A stretch of DNA of 63,637 nt, filler included, from Chrysochromulina tobinii (Eukaryota), in the NCBI GenBank assembly GCA_001275005.1. It is 10 parts of 10 records of this genome, joined end to end, with 100 filler letters (N's around TTAATTAATTAA, not from the genome) between each part and the next. Parts side by side here need not be neighbours in the genome. Positions count along the whole stretch, not along the records: positions 39,433 to 43,551 come from JWZX01000096.1; positions 43,652 to 56,098 come from JWZX01000097.1; 8 more parts are not named here. One strand, 5' to 3'. The position numbers and the translations under genes were made by a program. Positions 40,927 through 52,978 of this stretch are shown here, in pieces; position 1 is the stretch's first letter, and every line of letters begins with the position of its first letter. The notes below the pieces were generated by a model. That model ran no database searches and was not told the DNA's origin. It worked only from the letters and a program-made list of their open reading frames with translations.

Positions 40927-43551
40927 ATGCCTGTCGTCCACTGCGTCGCCCAGAGTCAGCGCAAGGACAAGCGCCAGCTCGTCGACCTGATCTTTCCGGT
41001 GCGCACGTCGTCGTCCGCAAACGTGACCGAGCGCTGGCATTGGCCCGAGCTCAGGGCAGCCGTGAGCGGCATCCAGGGCTTCGGGCTCTTCCCGCGCGAG
41101 GGCGGCGCGCTCGACTGGACGTCTCTCAAGCGCCCGGTCATGATGCCCTACCTCGGCAAGGAGACGGAGGTCGAGTCGGCCGTGCAGGCGCGCGTGCTGC
41201 GCACGGTGCTCTGCGGCCAGTTTGACGTGGTGCATCGCAAGGACCTGCCGAGCCGGCAGGGTCACGAGTGGGTGCAGGACGGGCTGTACATCACGCTCAT
41301 GCCCACCCGGGACGCCCAGGCAGCCGGTATGCCCGCCATCAAGGAGGACGCCGACGTGAGGCTGCTGCAGGTGCCCCTCGAGCCAGAGTTCAACTCGCGC
41401 ACCATCTCTTACGTCGAGGAGGGCGACGAGCAGGTGTGCTACTTGCTGTACGACGAGACGCGCGAGCTGCTGCACCTGCCGCCACACATCTTCGAGCTGC
41501 TCGCGCGCCACTGCGAGGACCATCACGCCGATCGCAACATGGCCACCCATCTCGTCCAATTCTCACGCTCACAGGTGCGCGCCAGTGACGGAGCCGCGCG
41601 CCAGTGACGGAGCCGCGCACCGGCTCGTCTCGCCGCGGCTTCGGCTGCTCGGCTGCTTCGGTGCTCGAGTGTGCTCGGCTGCTTCGGTGCTCGAGTGTGC
41701 TCGGCCTTGGCCTTGCAATTGGGCTCGCCGGAGCCATGCGTCTGCTTTCTGAGCGCCCCTCTCGTCGCCCCTGCCTGCAGGTTGGAGGAGGGCCGCCGTT
41801 ACATCTGCTCGTCTCAGCCCATCCCCTGTTTCGTCACTCGGCCTTCATCATGGGCAACACGAACGAGCCGCCGCGTGGGCCCCCGTCGACCGAGCTGCTC
41901 GAGCTCGAGCTCAAGGTCGCCGCGGACGACGATCCTCTCATGCAGCGCCACGACCTCAAGCAGAGCCAGGAGAGCCTCGCCCAGTTTCGGCGCTTCGCCC
42001 ATGAGCATCCCGAAATCGAGGAGCGCTCCGCCTTCTTCTGCACGCGCAAGCTCAACTTCGACCTGTCGGAGGAGATCACCGTCGTGTACGGCAACTCGTA
42101 CAAGCGGACGTACTCGACCTGGGGCCACGCCGGCGTACCGCTCCGCTACAGAGTACCCGCGGACACCTACCCTGAAGGGGCGTGGACTCATTGGGCCGAG
42201 TGGCCACGCCGCTGCCCCGGCTGGTTCAACGTGGATATGCAGCCGATCAATCGGCCGGCGTTCAAGCGGACGCAATCGCTCGCGCCGTATCGGAAGCGCA
42301 CGCAGCCGATCGCGAGGCTCATCGGCGATCTACCCGCCGTCGTCGCTTCGCGCCGTCTCGGGCTATACGGCGACGACCAAGAGAGACGCCTCGCTCAATG
42401 CACATCGATCTATTGGGACCCCCGGATACCCCAGCTCGATGGAGCGCCTCGAGTGCCGCCGCTGAGCGGCGCCGGCGAGGCAGAGGACGATGAGGACGTC
42501 GCGTCAGACGCGGGCTTCACACCAGGCTTCACACCCCCCACAGCGGTGCACTGGCTCGGATGTGGTTACGCGGGCTCCCTCTGTCCTAAGCGGGAGGACT
42601 TTGACCCTCTGGCGCTCGGCATGTACGCGGGCCCACGGCTGCCGCCCTGGGCGCTGCTCGCGGCTCAGGTGGCGGCGGGCGCGCCCGGCGATTCGCCCAG
42701 CAGCAAGGGCGGTGAGGGTGGCGGCGAGGAGGGCGACGGGGGCGTGGCCGACCTGAGCGTCACCGGCATGTGCCGCTCGACCGAGTTTGAGCTGCCGGCG
42801 GAGCTTCGCTCGCTCAACAAGGAGGAGCTCTACCGGCTTGCACTGGCAGAGGAGAGCCACCCTCGTCGGTGCGAGGATCCCGATGATGACGAGGACGTGC
42901 CACTCACCGAGTTGGAGTGGAGCGCGCCGTGGCGGCACCCTCTAGGGACCATCGTGTGGGTTCGCATGCGCGGATTCTCGTGGTGGCCCGCGCTCGTGTG
43001 CCAGCCATACGTCAACGACCGCGACATTGCACGTCAGCGGCTCGCCGGCAACCTCTTCGTCAAGTTCTTCGGCTGGACCAAGGGGGACGCTTACTTCACC
43101 AACAGCCCTGACGAGGCTCTGTCGTGGGAGGATGGTCTGGCGTTGGGGCTGCTTGAGAAGCGCGTCGTGCGCAAGTCGCACGATCGGATGCTGCAGACGG
43201 CCAAGCGCGAGGCGATCGCGGCGATCGCAGCGCGTGCGCCGCTCGGCAAGCCGCCGCTTCCGCCGCCGCCCTGGTGGCAGGTCCGGTTTGCGGGCGATCT
43301 CGCTGGCTATCTCGCGACAGAGCCTGGCGAGGAGGAGGGCGGTGAGGGCGAGGGCGGCGAGGGCGAGGGCGGCGAGGGCGGCGAGGGCGGGGGCGAGGGC
43401 GGCGAGGGCGGCGAGGGCGGGGGCGAGGGCGGCGGTGCGGGCGCGGTTGACGAAACCCGTCGTCTGGAGTCGCTGCGCTCGTCACGGCGCCTGGCGAGAG
43501 TGGACGCGTCTGCGGCGGAGGCGGCGGAGGCGGCGGAGGGGATGGTGGCAG
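40927..43551 (+). CDS. Divergent SET-domain plus PWWP-domain chromatin protein (intron 41575-41780; 3'-partial)
   Basis: SGIQGFGLF..PYLG, MGNTNEP, EEITVVYG (SET motifs); GTIVWVRMRGFSWWPA..FVKFFG (PWWP). Confidence 0.75.
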
Positions 43552-43651
43552 NNNNNNNNNNNNNNNNNNNNNNNNNNNNNNNNNNNNNNNNNNNNTTAAT
43601 TAATTAANNNNNNNNNNNNNNNNNNNNNNNNNNNNNNNNNNNNNNNNNNNN

Positions 43652-44090
43652 AGGGCGGCCGGGCGACGGCCGCACCCGTGTGCACGAACTCGCCGCCATT
43701 CTGGCCCTGCGTGCTAAGCCGCAGCTGCACGAACGTTGTGCCCATCGCCTGGTGCTCGCTGCTGCTGGCACTCACGCCGAAGCTCCAATCGACGTCGAGG
43801 AGCTGAAGCGGCGGCTCGCGCTGCAACGAGGCGCGCGAGGGTTGTGCGGCCCAGTAGTTAGCAAAAAATATCGCGCCGGCCTCGCCGAGGCCCAGCATGC
43901 GCAGCTGCTGCATGAGATCCGCCGTCTCGAGCCCTTGGCTTGCCGCGTGCCGCAGCACCTCAGCAGCGGCGCGTGCTCCGGGCGCAGGCGGGGCCGAGGG
44001 ATCGAACGCGGCCGCGAAGAAGGTTGTCGGATCCGCGGGCAAATTGGCCTCGAGCTCCAGCAGGTCGGGCAATAAAGCCACAGGAAGCAT
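43652..44090 (-). CDS. COMMD7: COMM-domain protein, COMMD7-like (3'-partial)
   Basis: LLDVDWSFGVSASSSE..GTTFVQLRL. Confidence 0.7.
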
Positions 44091-44205
44091 TTTTCCGGGG
44101 AGGGCCGACTGTGAAGACTTGCTCCCCCCGGTGCACATTGCACGATGCACGTACAAAGCTTAAAAGTATACTGCACCACCGTGTAGACTCTTTCCTATAG
44201 ATAGA

Positions 44206-45777
44206 TCACAGCGGCGTCAGGGCCGTGGTGCGGTCGACATGGATCCACGCGTCGAATTGCGTCGCCAAGCTCGCCTCCACATAGTGCGAGCTCGCTTCCG
44301 TGGCCTTTCGGTAGCACACGCCGACCGCCCGTTGGCGACGCGGTTCGCGAAGCACGGCGCGTGCCGCCTGCTGCACCTCATTGTGCTCGGGGTCGCTGGT
44401 GCTCACGCCCTTAAGCACGAGGAGCAACGCATTGAGGGGCGCGGCCGAGAGCGCCGGCGCGCCGCCCTCAAGCCGCTCGCGCTCACTCACGACCCGAAGC
44501 ACCTTATGCATGAGATCTGAGATGCTGCCCGGCTCGGCGTCGGCGAGCTCAAACGTCTGCGGGGGACGGCCCCACTCCTCGGCGGCTGTGACGGTGCCCG
44601 CGTACGTGCCGAAACCGCATAGGAAGACGCCGCCGCTGTCCGCGTTGCAATCGGCGCCGAAGGTCTGGCGCAGCATCTGTCCCAAATTCCACTCCTCGCG
44701 CACGGCCATCGAAGTGGCGCTCGCGTCTCCCACATGGGAATTATGCGCCCAGAGGACGATCTTGGGCGTGGCGCCGCCGTTCATGGCACGGCAGTACTCG
44801 ACCAGGCGCAGGCACGTCTGCACCATCGCCTGGTCGCGCAGGTTCCACGTGTCCACGGAGCCTATGCTCTCGTAGAGCCCACGGAAGTACGCCTCGCCGT
44901 TGACGACCACTTGCGCATTCTGCTCGGCGTTGAGCAGTTCCGCGGGGCTGAGCAGCAGCGAGTACGAGGCGCGCGCGTTCTGTTGCAGCTCCGTCAACAC
45001 GCTCGCCACGTCCGCCTTGATCTCCTCGGCCCGTGACGCCAGCTCGCCGCACGTGACTTGTCGCCCGTACTCCTTCATATCGTCACCGAAGGGCTCGAAG
45101 ACGGCATAGCGGGAGCGTGTGAGCGCTGCGGCATCCGGGTCGACGATCTCAAGAAATTCGATCACCGCCCTAGCCGAGGCGTTCACGGAGTAGGTATCCA
45201 TTCCATACAACACCACCTCGGGCCGCCCCTCACTTGCTGCGGCGATCGCCGCCTTGGTGAAGCCCATCACCTCTAGCTGCTCCTCACTCGCGCCTGCGGC
45301 GCGCAGGTCCCCGAGCGCAGACAGCGTGGCCGTGGCCTCGGTGCCCTCTGCCCGCACGCGCTCGTTGTGCGCGCGCAGCTCTTCGACCAGCGATGCGAAT
45401 CGCTCATTCTTCCACATCCACGAGGGAAAGCCTGCAAAGCCTGCGAGCGCCTCGTGAGCAGAGCGGTCCATGGAGCCTTCGGAGCTGATGTACCGTGACA
45501 CGCGGTAGGCGGCCGGCCAGTCACCCTCTATAAGAACGACCGAGAAGCCCTTGGTCTCCACCAACCGCTTCGTAATAGCTGCACGATGCGCATAGTACTC
45601 AGCCGTGCCGTGCGTGCTCTCGCCGAGCAGCACGAACTGCGAGTCGCCGATGGCCTCCATGAGCGGCGCGTAGTCGGCGTCAGAGCGCAAGGCGTACGCG
45701 GCCGCAGCGGTCGATGCGACGTCGCCGTCGGCAAGCTCCTCGTCGGCCGACACCATGGATGTCACCAAGTCATTCAT
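44206..45777 (-). CDS. Erythromycin-esterase (EreA/EreB-like) family hydrolase, intronless
   Basis: LLGESTHGT.EYY, IEGDWP, FPSWMWKN, YGMD.YS, WNLRDQAM, WAHNSHVGDA, QFDA.IHVDRTTAL.PL. Confidence 0.9.
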   Translation of the reverse strand: MNDLVTSMVSADEELADGDVASTAAAAYALRSDADYAPLMEAIGDSQFVLLGESTHGTAEYYAHRAAITKRLVETKGFSVVLIEGDWPAAYRVSRYISSEGSMDRSAHEALAGFAGFPSWMWKNERFASLVEELRAHNERVRAEGTEATATLSALGDLRAAGASEEQLEVMGFTKAAIAAASEGRPEVVLYGMDTYSVNASARAVIEFLEIVDPDAAALTRSRYAVFEPFGDDMKEYGRQVTCGELASRAEEIKADVASVLTELQQNARASYSLLLSPAELLNAEQNAQVVVNGEAYFRGLYESIGSVDTWNLRDQAMVQTCLRLVEYCRAMNGGATPKIVLWAHNSHVGDASATSMAVREEWNLGQMLRQTFGADCNADSGGVFLCGFGTYAGTVTAAEEWGRPPQTFELADAEPGSISDLMHKVLRVVSERERLEGGAPALSAAPLNALLLVLKGVSTSDPEHNEVQQAARAVLREPRRQRAVGVCYRKATEASSHYVEASLATQFDAWIHVDRTTALTPL

Positions 45778-45860
45778 GCCCGGAAATCCGGATAGCACAG
45801 CGCACGGACACGCCTAGGAGTCAAACTGGCATTTACAGTGCAGGTGCTGGAGTGCTTACA

Positions 45861-46641
45861 TCCGTTAACGAAACCAACCAACACGGCGCCCTTTTAAGGG
45901 CCAACGCGTCGGCGCCGACAAGTGAGGCAAGCGGGCCCGTAGCCGCGATACTGGCCGCGCGGGAAAGAGTGACTACTTGAGTAGTGGTGAGTAACCTTAT
46001 AGACGTCGCACGCGGAGTGCGCAAAGGGTGTTCTAGACAGACAACCCCCGACTCACGCCTGGAAAAACACGCGCTTGCGGGAAGTGATCGCGATTCAAAG
46101 TTCGCGCCCGATAAGGCAATCGGGGCGCGGTGCCACGCTCCAGGGACCACAAAGGGGCAAGGGCCACACTCAGGGGGCACACACTAACACGTGATGGTGA
46201 GAACCATCCAACGGGTAAGTGCCCGCTGCCCGGTCACGGCCGAGCATTCGATCCGACTAAGCGGCCGAGCGGGCCGCATTCGATTCGCCTAAGCTTGTAT
46301 TAAGCATTTCCTTCGGACGGGCCGGAGCGCGACACGGCGGAACAGGGTAGCCACATACTAAGCCACATACGACGAGACCGGCCACAGGACGGTAGCGACC
46401 GCGCAACAGAACAACAGTACATGTATATTTATTTGCCGCGCAACCGCAAGCAAAAGAAACCGCACATCGCCGAGATGCGAAAATCGCGACGGGCAGGCTA
46501 ACGGAGGAAATAAAGATCGGACCGCGGATGATCGACATGATTGAAAGAAGCGCTACCCACGCACGGACTGTAGAGGCTGCGGCAAGACAACGACGGGTCG
46601 ACGGCACACGGCAGAAGCCCTTCATGGGCAGAAGTATCTAG
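45861..46641 (+). mobile_element. Non-autonomous Helitron-like element
   Basis: 5' TC after A(45860), 3' CTAG before T(46642), short hairpin GCCC-TTCAT-GGGC 8 nt upstream of CTAG; second copy at 15277. Confidence 0.65.
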
Positions 46642-46642
46642 T

Positions 46643-47070
46643 ATGATGACGGTTGGGAAAAAAACCTTACCCCCCCCCGCCCCCCCTCCCCCCTCCCCCC
46701 ACCTGATTGCCTATCACAATTTCCCGCCCGGTAGTATACATGTAGGGCAGCGAGCACCAGAGATCACAGTGAGTGCAAATCAACCTCGTGTGCAATGACT
46801 TTAACAATGACTGTGTGCTGGAGGAGAGACAGACCTCACTTTGAGCGAAATTGAGTAGCCCGAGCGAGCGAGTACACTCCGTACTTGTGTTGACCGAGGG
46901 GAGCGGAGCCGTCCTTTGAGGCTCCGTGCACCAGCGTATCCCCAGACGCTCAAGATCTTCGGCCGACCGAAGGCCACACACCGGCCCAAGGCAACGCACG
47001 CGTGAACTGAGTTGAGACGTGGTGAGCGCGCGCGGGGGACCGCGACGAAACTGACTGACTGACTGAGAAA
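46643..47070 (-). mobile_element. Dispersed repeat family A, copy 3 (inverted)
   Basis: Reverse complement matches 2825-2905, 3455-3675 and 4225-4268. Confidence 0.85.
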
Positions 47071-47597
47071 AGGGAATGAACGCTGTGTTGTGCTTGTGTG
47101 TAAACTTGGTCGCGTGTTTGACTTGAATTGCTGTTCATCAGAGCTACACAAGCAGCCTGGTGAGCGCGACAACCCCCGGTCCCTGCTAAAGCTAGACCAG
47201 GCTTACATCGCGGTGGGTGGGCGGGACCACTCAGCTCTCATCAGAGAGCCAGACGAGAATGCGACCATCGTTCGAGAATCTCCTCAACGAGGTGTATGCA
47301 CCCAGCCCGTGCCTGCCGTTGGAATTAAATCGGGATGCGCATCAAACCGTTTCGAGACTCCCTTGAGTCCGAAACGTGAGCAGCAAACCTCCCGGTATGC
47401 GTCCGCACGGCCCCCCATATGCCCAATACCCCTTCCCCCTGGTTGGGCCCCTGTGGTAGCTCTGCCAACAGTCTCATCACACGTTGAGTTCACGGCCGCT
47501 TAACTGTTGGGGTCAAGCGGCATTCGTACGGTACAGTACTCAACGCCCGGAATTAGAGAGGGCGTCGACCGGCCGAGCGGGATGTGAGGAAGACAAC

Positions 47598-49272
47598 ATG
47601 CCGTTCGATGCTCACACGCTCAAAAAGGCGGCGCGCCTCGAACAGTCCTCGTGGCAACTCTCCTGCAAGGCAGACTTCACGGAATGCTTCGGCGAACTGA
47701 CTGTGTATGTGGCGCTGGTGCTTTGCATGATCGGTGCGGCCGGCTTGTTTTGGCGTATGTGCTGCCGCCGGCGCAGATCGACCTACCACAAGGTACTCCT
47801 GGGCAGCGACGACTCCTCCCGTCCAGCTGATCTGGAGGAGGGCTGGGCGGCCGCGTCGGGCATCGTCGACATGGAGAACTTTGGCAGCGACAAGCCCAAC
47901 AGGAGGCGTCCGGGGCACCAGCGCAACACATCGCAGGGCTCCATGCTGTCGCTGGACCCGCTAGAAGACGATGACGACGACGGCTTCGACGTCGACGACT
48001 ACGCATCGCTCGACGCGCTCGAGATGCTCAGGAAGCTCTCTCATGAAGTGGTCGTGAAGGTGAAGGAGGTGGTGCCCGAGATGAGCGAGGTCCAGGCAGC
48101 CGTTCACGTGGCGGGCCATGTGGCAACGTTGAGCGTGCAGACGGTCGTCAAGCCCCCCTCATCAGCTAGCAGGCCGCCGCGGCCGCCACTCGCCGCCCTC
48201 TCTCCAGTATACGAAGCAGCCGAGCATGCGGCAAGCGACGCGGCTGTGCCGAGCCAGCCAGCGACCGACGTCCCGGCTAGCGTCCCGGAGGTCACGCGCC
48301 CTCGCTCGATGCTGCACAAGGTGACGCTTGCCTGGGCAGCAGCACGCGGGGGCAGCGGCAGCAGCGGCGACGCGGGCGAGGTAGCTGAGGCTGGTGATCA
48401 GTTGAGAGTGGACTCGTTGCTCGAGGCCTTCCGTGTCTCCCTCACGGTGTGCGAGAGTTTCGGATCACTGATGGCGCCCGCCGTCAAGAACGACCTTGCA
48501 AACCTCGAGAAGGTGCGCACGTCCTCTCATGCACTCTGAGTGCCACCGAGTGCCACTGGGTCACTCTCCTGATGCCACTGGGTGCCGCTGCTTGTCACAC
48601 AGGTGCGCACCGCATGGGCCAAGCTCGGCCAGCCGGCCACTTTGCGCGCGCTGCTACGCGCCGAATTGGGCACCAACATCCACAAGCCAGGGGGAGTGCT
48701 GAAAGACCCATCGGCGGCGATCGCTCTCGTGTGGGCGCGCCGCTCGCTCGCCTTCCAGGTGAGTAGATCGCGTGCCACTGACGAGTGCCATCGAGTGCTA
48801 CTGAGTGCTACTGAGTGCTACTGAGTGCTACTGAGTGCTACTGAGTGCTACTGAGTGCCGACGAGTGCCAACGAGTGCCAACGAGTGCTAATGAGTGCTA
48901 ATGAGTGCTAATGAGTGCCATCGGTGAGTGCCGCTGCTGAGTGCCGCTCGCCTCGTGCTCTAGACGGCCCTGCTGGCGGGGCTCACGCGCAACCGACGCG
49001 CCACGTTGAGCTCCGTCGCGACCGACGCGTACAAGCGCACGCTCGAGCCCCACCATAATTGGATCCTCAAGTCCACCTTCAAGATGGGACTGAACGCGAT
49101 GCCAGATCTGGACGAGTTCTTTGTGCGGCTGGGCGCGGGCAGCCTGCCAGGCTTGGATCGCGACGCTTTGGAAGCTGACATGGCCGAGGTCGCCGAGGCG
49201 CAGCAGCTGATAGTTGAGCGGATGGGAGCGCTCCTATTCGAACTCGACCTCGACCCCACTGCCAAGACGTGA
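47598..49272 (+). CDS. Glycolipid transfer protein (GLTP) domain protein with N-terminal TM; introns 48513-48602 and 48759-48963
   Basis: FGSLMAPAVKNDLANLEK|VR, ALVWARRSLAFQ|TALL, AYKRTLEPHHNWILK..LNAMP; both splices are in frame. Confidence 0.88.
48775..48945 (+). repeat. Intronic 10-bp minisatellite (GAGTGCTACT and variants)
   Basis: Directly visible tandem array. Confidence 0.95.
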
Positions 49273-50005
49273 TCTGGCCGAGGGGAGGTGTCTTTTACCC
49301 AAAGGGGTAGAGGGACCAGGGAGGTATACCTCGATTCACACACTAGTCGACCTGAACTCAGTGTGACTCAGTGACCAGCGGGGACCCCACGGCGGGTAAA
49401 CGGCGGGTCTTGGATCAGCATACTATGATTGTACCCGTTCGGTTCATCACTTTTCATCACTTCATCTCTACCCGTCGTGCAGTAGGTAATGCCGTAGGTT
49501 CTGCGGACTTCTTTTCATTGTCGTCACGTGAGGAGCCGGGAGCAGCTACCGTGGAAACCGTCGTGGATCGGATTGGGTCGCATAGCCATACCGTCGGATC
49601 TCGTCTATCACGTCTGGCATCGGCCTCTGGAATGTGTGGACGAATCTCGAGTGGAGGCGCGAACAGTGTTTGATCGAACACGGGCAACACGGCACATGTA
49701 ACCTAATATCGTTCATAATATCTCGTCTGATATCATTCATCTGATATCAAGAGGTTGGTTCCTTGCATATCCCGTTGGTAGCTCACAATCAAGCATATAT
49801 TACAACATATTACGATAGTTCGATACTCGATATAATGATTAATCGTCGGGCGGGCATGGGCGGGGCAATACGGACGATACCGGGGCCCAACGCAAGAATA
49901 CACGCACCGGTGCACGGTACGATAGTTTCATACTGAAGTACAGCCGTCACGTTTGTACCCAAACACGAGTACGGAACAGCCTGGACGCACGGAACTTTCA
50001 GAGTC

Positions 50006-52643
50006 TCAAGAGCTGCTAGGTGGTGATACGCAGGCTGGTGCTCCGTTTGTCTGCTCTTCCTCGTCCTCGTCATCTGACTCGACGACGGCAGCGACTGAAA
50101 TACTCGAGCCTGCTACCAAGTGAACACCTCCTGGGCTAGCGTTCACTGCTGAGTGAACTCTTGCAAGTCGTGCATCGTACATGTCGTGACCTTTTGACTT
50201 GCTCTTCGTGATCTCTGGCTCGGCTTTGTTCTTCGTGGGCTCTGGAATTGGTTTGCTGCTGCGCTGGAGCGAGACGTCGGGAAATTGCATGCTCTCCTGG
50301 GCAGTGCTCTGGGAGGAGTGGCTCTTGGAGGAGGTGTTCCCTACCTTGACTGAGGACGTGGCCAAAGTGCGCCTCAGCAGCCGTCTCTCCCGATATTCCC
50401 TCAAATGGCGCCGGATCTTCCCCCACACACCCACAGAACGCGGCATGTTGTTATCTAGGAGCTTCGATGTCTTGGTCTTTGCGATCTGACGGTCCGGTAG
50501 ATCCCTGGCCAGTTTCTTTCGATCATTGTCATCCAAACCTGAATCCGACCTTTCCGACGCCGACAGCTTAACCCTGGCCAGTTTCTTTCGGAGCTGGGTC
50601 GCATAATCATATTCATATTCGTCTTCATCCTCTGCCGCCTCCGGCCCCTTGAACAAGCCGCAGCACGTCTTCATGAGCGTCATCCCCCAATGCCGCCAAC
50701 GTTTCAAATGGAGGAGCGAGATGAAGAAGAAGGACATAGAGAAGACGGCGAAGAAGATGCCTATGATGCAGCGCTGGAAATTACCTCCGGACGGATCTTC
50801 ATCTGCGAAGATGAAGTACCTGTGCAAAGGGGCAGGCATGAGGCGCAGGGAAGAGGGCAGGCAGAAGAGCAGGTAAGAGGGTAGGTGGCAGGGCAGGTAA
50901 GAGGGCAGGTAAGAGGGCAGGTACGAGGGCAGGTGGCAGGGCAGGTGGCAGAGCAGGCAGAAGGGCGCGTATGAGGGCGACGTACCCGGGTGAGACATTC
51001 ATACCGAAGATGCCGCTCAGGACACCTCCAAACGCCAAGCCGGCGCCGGAGGCGGAGACCGTGATCTCCCAGCGGAGGAGCGAGTTCCTAATCGAGGTCT
51101 CTCGGCTGAGCAGGCGAGCGCTCGAGTCAGATGCGGGTGGGGGGGATCGGGTGGAGATTGAGGGAGGTTCGGGCGAGATGCACCTGTGGAGCGCGCGCTC
51201 AAAGTTGTCCATGTGGATCGAGGCTTTATCGAGCGCGGAGCTTGCCGAGGCGAGGACGTGCAGATGCGAATCGAGCAAGGCTTCGGCATCTGAGGCGGCG
51301 ACCGGGTCGTCGGAGAAGCCTAACGCCGCCGCCGCCGAGTCCTTCTCGATCGCATCATTGAGCATTTCCTCGACGTATTCGACGCATGCTGACCACGTCT
51401 GTCGCTCAAACTTGAGCTTGCCAAGGTCGACCCTCCTCTCCTGTACGTGCTTCTCATCGTCGTCGCGCCCTTCGGTACGTAGCAGTTCGATTTCTCGTTT
51501 GGCCTGCTTCAGAAGTGCCTCGCTCCGCTCTAACAACAAATCGTTCAGCTCGAGGAGTAGCGCATCGAGGGCCTGGTATCCAAAAGTGCCGTGGATCGCC
51601 GACTTCTTCTCGTCCTGCGCCTCGATCATCTTCTCGTCCTGCGCCTCGTGCTGGGCCAGCGCCGCTCGACGCTTCTCTTCGATCCGCGACAGGAGCGAGA
51701 ACGTGTTCTCCTTCCCCTCGGTCGCCTCCTCCTTGGTCGCTCCTCCGTAGAAGAGGAAGCCGTGCGTCTGTGCGATGATCGCGCAGATGTTGAGATGCGG
51801 GACGGCGAGTAGGATCGAGCCCTGGCGCATCACAAGCAGCGGCTTCGACGTTCGGTTCTCCATCACACCGAGCTTATAGAACTCGAGCATCCGAAGGTCA
51901 CGAGCCGAGAGCACGGGCAGCGGACTGCTCACCATGGCGCTCGACTCGGGCCCGAACTTGGTCAGGAACCAGGTCACGAGCTGCTTCATTGTCAAGCTGT
52001 GGTGCGCGTACCCCGCACCCGACCAATCAAACACTCCGACGGTCGTCTCGCCTTTGTTCACTTTGGATTTGGCGGCCTTCCGCTGGCGCGAGAGGATCTT
52101 CAAGTCGATGGAGCAGTATTCTGCCACAGAGCTGGCGATACGCGACTTGCTGTCCTTGGAGGGGCCTCGCGCCTTGCTGCCGTCGTCATGCTGGGGCGTC
52201 GGCAGGCGCGACGCCTCTGTGTCTCCAATCGACCGCAGCTCATGCAACTGCTCGGACGGCAGCGACCCGACCAGATTTGGATTCGAATTCGTGCGCTTGA
52301 GGGTCTTGATCGTCAATACCGATAGACCAAGGGCAACAAGTCGCGCTTGCTGGTCAGTATGAGGTCCAGCAACCATCTCCGCTAAATTCGGGTTCGAGGC
52401 AGAGCGTTCCAAATGAGATGGGAGACCGTGCTCCGTGGATTCGTGTACTGGAGGTGCTTCAACTCGCCAATCTGAATTTCCCTTTCTTGAGCCTGCACGC
52501 CTCTTCCATGCCATCAAGTTCGGTGTGACTGCGGACACAGTCAAAGTTCCAGCTGCGGCCTCTGTAGCGGGTGCGGTAGCGGCAGAGCGCGCATCAAGCG
52601 ACAAGCTTCGCAGATTGGTAGTGGCGCCACGCGAGTCTCCCAT
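50006..52643 (-). CDS. CorA/Mrs2-family Mg2+ transporter; introns 51106-51183 and 50820-50985
   Basis: LSARDLRML, EALLDSH, IRNSLLRWE, GIFGMN motif, and a second TM after splicing (PG|YFIF..CIIGIFFAVF). Confidence 0.88.
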
Positions 52644-52978
52644 GTGATGAGCTTCGGCTCAGACCGAGCGAGACGGACGTCTTCCGGAAGAGAGGCTTCC
52701 TAGACCGCGGCTTGTGTTCGCGAGAACGAGGTGCCGACCCGTGAACGTGAATACCCGGGTTTGGACTTTCCCCGTCCACACCATCGCACAGCCGATGATA
52801 GCGAAGATGATTCACGGTGCGAGGGCAGCTTCGTCCTCTTCAAGTTTCGTAATGCTCGCTTTTCCTCGTTTGTATAGCTCGGAATGATCCGTCCGGTCCC
52901 TGACATCAAGGTTCGTAGCCGGCCAAAGCCACGGCAAGGATGAACGTGAACGTCGACTACACGGCCTGCGCTCTGCGC

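Noticed and set aside
49273..49346. Mini-Helitron (GAGGTATACCTC palindrome followed by CTAG|T)
   Set aside because: Single occurrence; the 5' end cannot be verified.
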